This document shows positions 23,518 through 25,140 of a stretch of DNA of 25,140 nucleotides, piece after piece. Position numbers and translations under genes: made by a program. The stretch's first letter is position 1, and each line of letters starts with the position of its first letter. This DNA is from a virus (Duplodnaviria; Caudoviricetes). The notes beneath the pieces were generated by a model. The model saw nothing but the letters and a program-made list of their open reading frames with translations. It searched no databases and was not told where the DNA came from. The stretch is from IMG/VR virus record IMGVR_UViG_3300043400_000002, positions 1-25,140 of that record, one strand, 5' to 3'.

Positions 23518-25140
23518 TTAATATCCTTTAATAGACCAAGAAGCTGTTGCGCTTTGTCGATTTCCTGAGTTTTTAAATAAGTACGCTCTAAAAGATTGAG
23601 GATACATTGAACAAGTTCCACTACCATTTGCAGTAAGCATTGCTACACTAAATGAATTAGTAGTATAGTCAGTGATGATATATGTTCCTGTGAGTCCTAC
23701 ACCATTAGAGAAAAACAACTTAACTTTTTGACCTGTGATCAAATCATGGTTGTTTATGTTTACAGTACAAACATTTGATGTAATTGAATATGAACCTGAA
23801 ACAAATGCATCTTTAAAATCATATACGGCCATTACAGGTTCCGTACCGGATGATGATAATACAATACTTTGTACATCGATAAAATCTTTGTTCAAATTAA
23901 CAATTGTACCATTAGCATCATACTCAGAAATATAAGTATTACCTGCATCGTTTTTAAGCTTTGCGTCCAACTTCACAGACAAATCTGTAATTTCATACAA
24001 ACCAACATCAGTTAGTTCTGTTGCTGAAATTCTGATTTTTACATATCTGAAGTTTAATCCGTATACATCTGTTACACCATTATAATCTACATATGTAGAA
24101 TTGTCAAGTGATAAACTGATTCTCGTACTGACTGTTGGACTTCCAGCTAGAACAGTACCTTTATAAATCAAAGAAACTCTACTTGATGCCAATGGTTGAC
24201 CAAAATCAAAAACCTCTTCATAGTAACCAGAGCCACCAGAAGGTTGAATAAAGATTGGATAACCAGCATTTACTTGATCTTGTGGAGTACTCCATGATCT
24301 ATTAGCAAAGTGCTCTTGCCAAGTTTCTGTTGTATTAACAGGTAAAGCAATTCTAGTACCATCGGAAGAAGCAGAAGATTTTGTACCGCTATAATCACTG
24401 ATGAACTCACCATGGAATACGAAATCAGGGGGCTCAGATACTACAGTAGTCACAGACGCTGGAACGCTCTCTGCACCTTCTGTATCTACACAAGCTAACC
24501 AATACGTATAAGTCCCACCTTGATTTTCAGTAATCGTAGTGAATGCACCTTTCTTATCACCGATCAGTACAGCACTATTCCATGTTGTACCTTTCTTAAT
24601 TAAGATGTGGTCAACAGGAAGAGATGTTCTTTCGGGTACTGTCCAATAAAGCATAACCGTATTGTCAATAACTTGAGCACGAACATCTGCAGGTGCATTC
24701 GGTGCAATTTTAGCAACAGCTTCAGAATAACCAGAAGACTTGTTACCGTGCATATCAACTACTTTTACAGTAAACACTCTATCACCTGTCCAATCGGCGG
24801 GTAATGTAATACTGTTCGACTTAGTTGTTCTAACTACTGAATCATAACTAACTTCATAATAAGCAATATCAAATTGTGAAGTAGTAACATCAGACCAATT
24901 CAAAGTTACTGTAGCACTCGTAAGAGCAGTATCAGCATAAGAATATGTAACATCCGTAATGTTAGGCAATGCAACAGGTGCAAAACTAACGACAGAAGCC
25001 ACTTGACTATAGTTACCAGATGAATCAATCGCCTTGATGTAAAAAGTAGCAGAACCATTGGTTGCATACTTTATGAAAGCTTTAGTTGAATCACCGTAAA
25101 AGACACGACGATAATCGTTCACACCCCAACCAGCGTCTTC
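23518..25140 (-). CDS. Tail tip/central fibre protein, C-terminal part with FN3-like repeats (5' truncated)
   Basis: Frame is open to the window edge (EDAGWGVNDY...); repeated FN3-like units (LNWS...YYEV...VKVVD..GN.S; IKAIDSSGNYS; LACVDTEGAES). Confidence 0.8.
   Translation of the reverse strand, partial: EDAGWGVNDYRRVFYGDSTKAFIKYATNGSATFYIKAIDSSGNYSQVASVVSFAPVALPNITDVTYSYADTALTSATVTLNWSDVTTSQFDIAYYEVSYDSVVRTTKSNSITLPADWTGDRVFTVKVVDMHGNKSSGYSEAVAKIAPNAPADVRAQVIDNTVMLYWTVPERTSLPVDHILIKKGTTWNSAVLIGDKKGAFTTITENQGGTYTYWLACVDTEGAESVPASVTTVVSEPPDFVFHGEFISDYSGTKSSASSDGTRIALPVNTTETWQEHFANRSWSTPQDQVNAGYPIFIQPSGGSGYYEEVFDFGQPLASSRVSLIYKGTVLAGSPTVSTRISLSLDNSTYVDYNGVTDVYGLNFRYVKIRISATELTDVGLYEITDLSVKLDAKLKNDAGNTYISEYDANGTIVNLNKDFIDVQSIVLSSSGTEPVMAVYDFKDAFVSGSYSITSNVCTVNINNHDLITGQKVKLFFSNGVGLTGTYIITDYTTNSFSVAMLTANGSGTCSMYPQSFRAYLFKNSGNRQSATASWSIKGY

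Noticed and set aside
8-24804. Short antisense and alternate-frame ORFs in the track (e.g. 598-876, 797-1135, 2123-2440, 3212-3508, 23015-23245)
   Set aside because: They are nested in or opposite well-supported genes and show no recognisable motifs.
1-25140. CRISPR array, integrase, transposase or rRNA
   Set aside because: No regularly spaced repeats or matching motifs were seen.

Overview
AT-rich (roughly 35-40% GC by eye) segment of a lytic-type tailed dsDNA phage genome with two convergent blocks. The + strand block (1-19787) carries replication and nucleotide-metabolism genes: RNA ligase, T7 gp4-like primase-helicase, family-B-type DNA polymerase, a Prs-like plus Nampt-like pair matching the NARP1 NAD+ reconstitution pathway, SSB, SLOG protein, 5'-3' exonuclease, endonuclease VII, DnaQ-like exonuclease, two dNTP pyrophosphohydrolases, nrdB/nrdA and thioredoxin. 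The - strand block (19844-25140) carries tail tip, tail fibre, adhesin-like and lysis genes. A bidirectional terminator separates them. The most unusual part is the ~750 nt non-coding stretch 7420-8164. Behind a sigma70-like promoter it holds one canonical tRNA (CAU) and six hand-folded non-canonical RNAs: a D-armless tRNA-Arg(UCU) with a D-loop-like motif on the 3' side, a tRNA body with a 43-nt arm in place of the anticodon arm, a CCA-ended acceptor/T-arm RNA with two complementary loops, a circularly permuted tRNA mimic (YrlA Y-RNA-like topology), a pseudoknotted ~185-nt RNA and a ~120-nt three-way-junction RNA. The array sits between NARP1 and a Pol-beta-type nucleotidyltransferase plus two paralogous small proteins, suggesting a counter-defence island. 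All calls come from motif recognition and manual base-pairing; no searches or folding programs were run.
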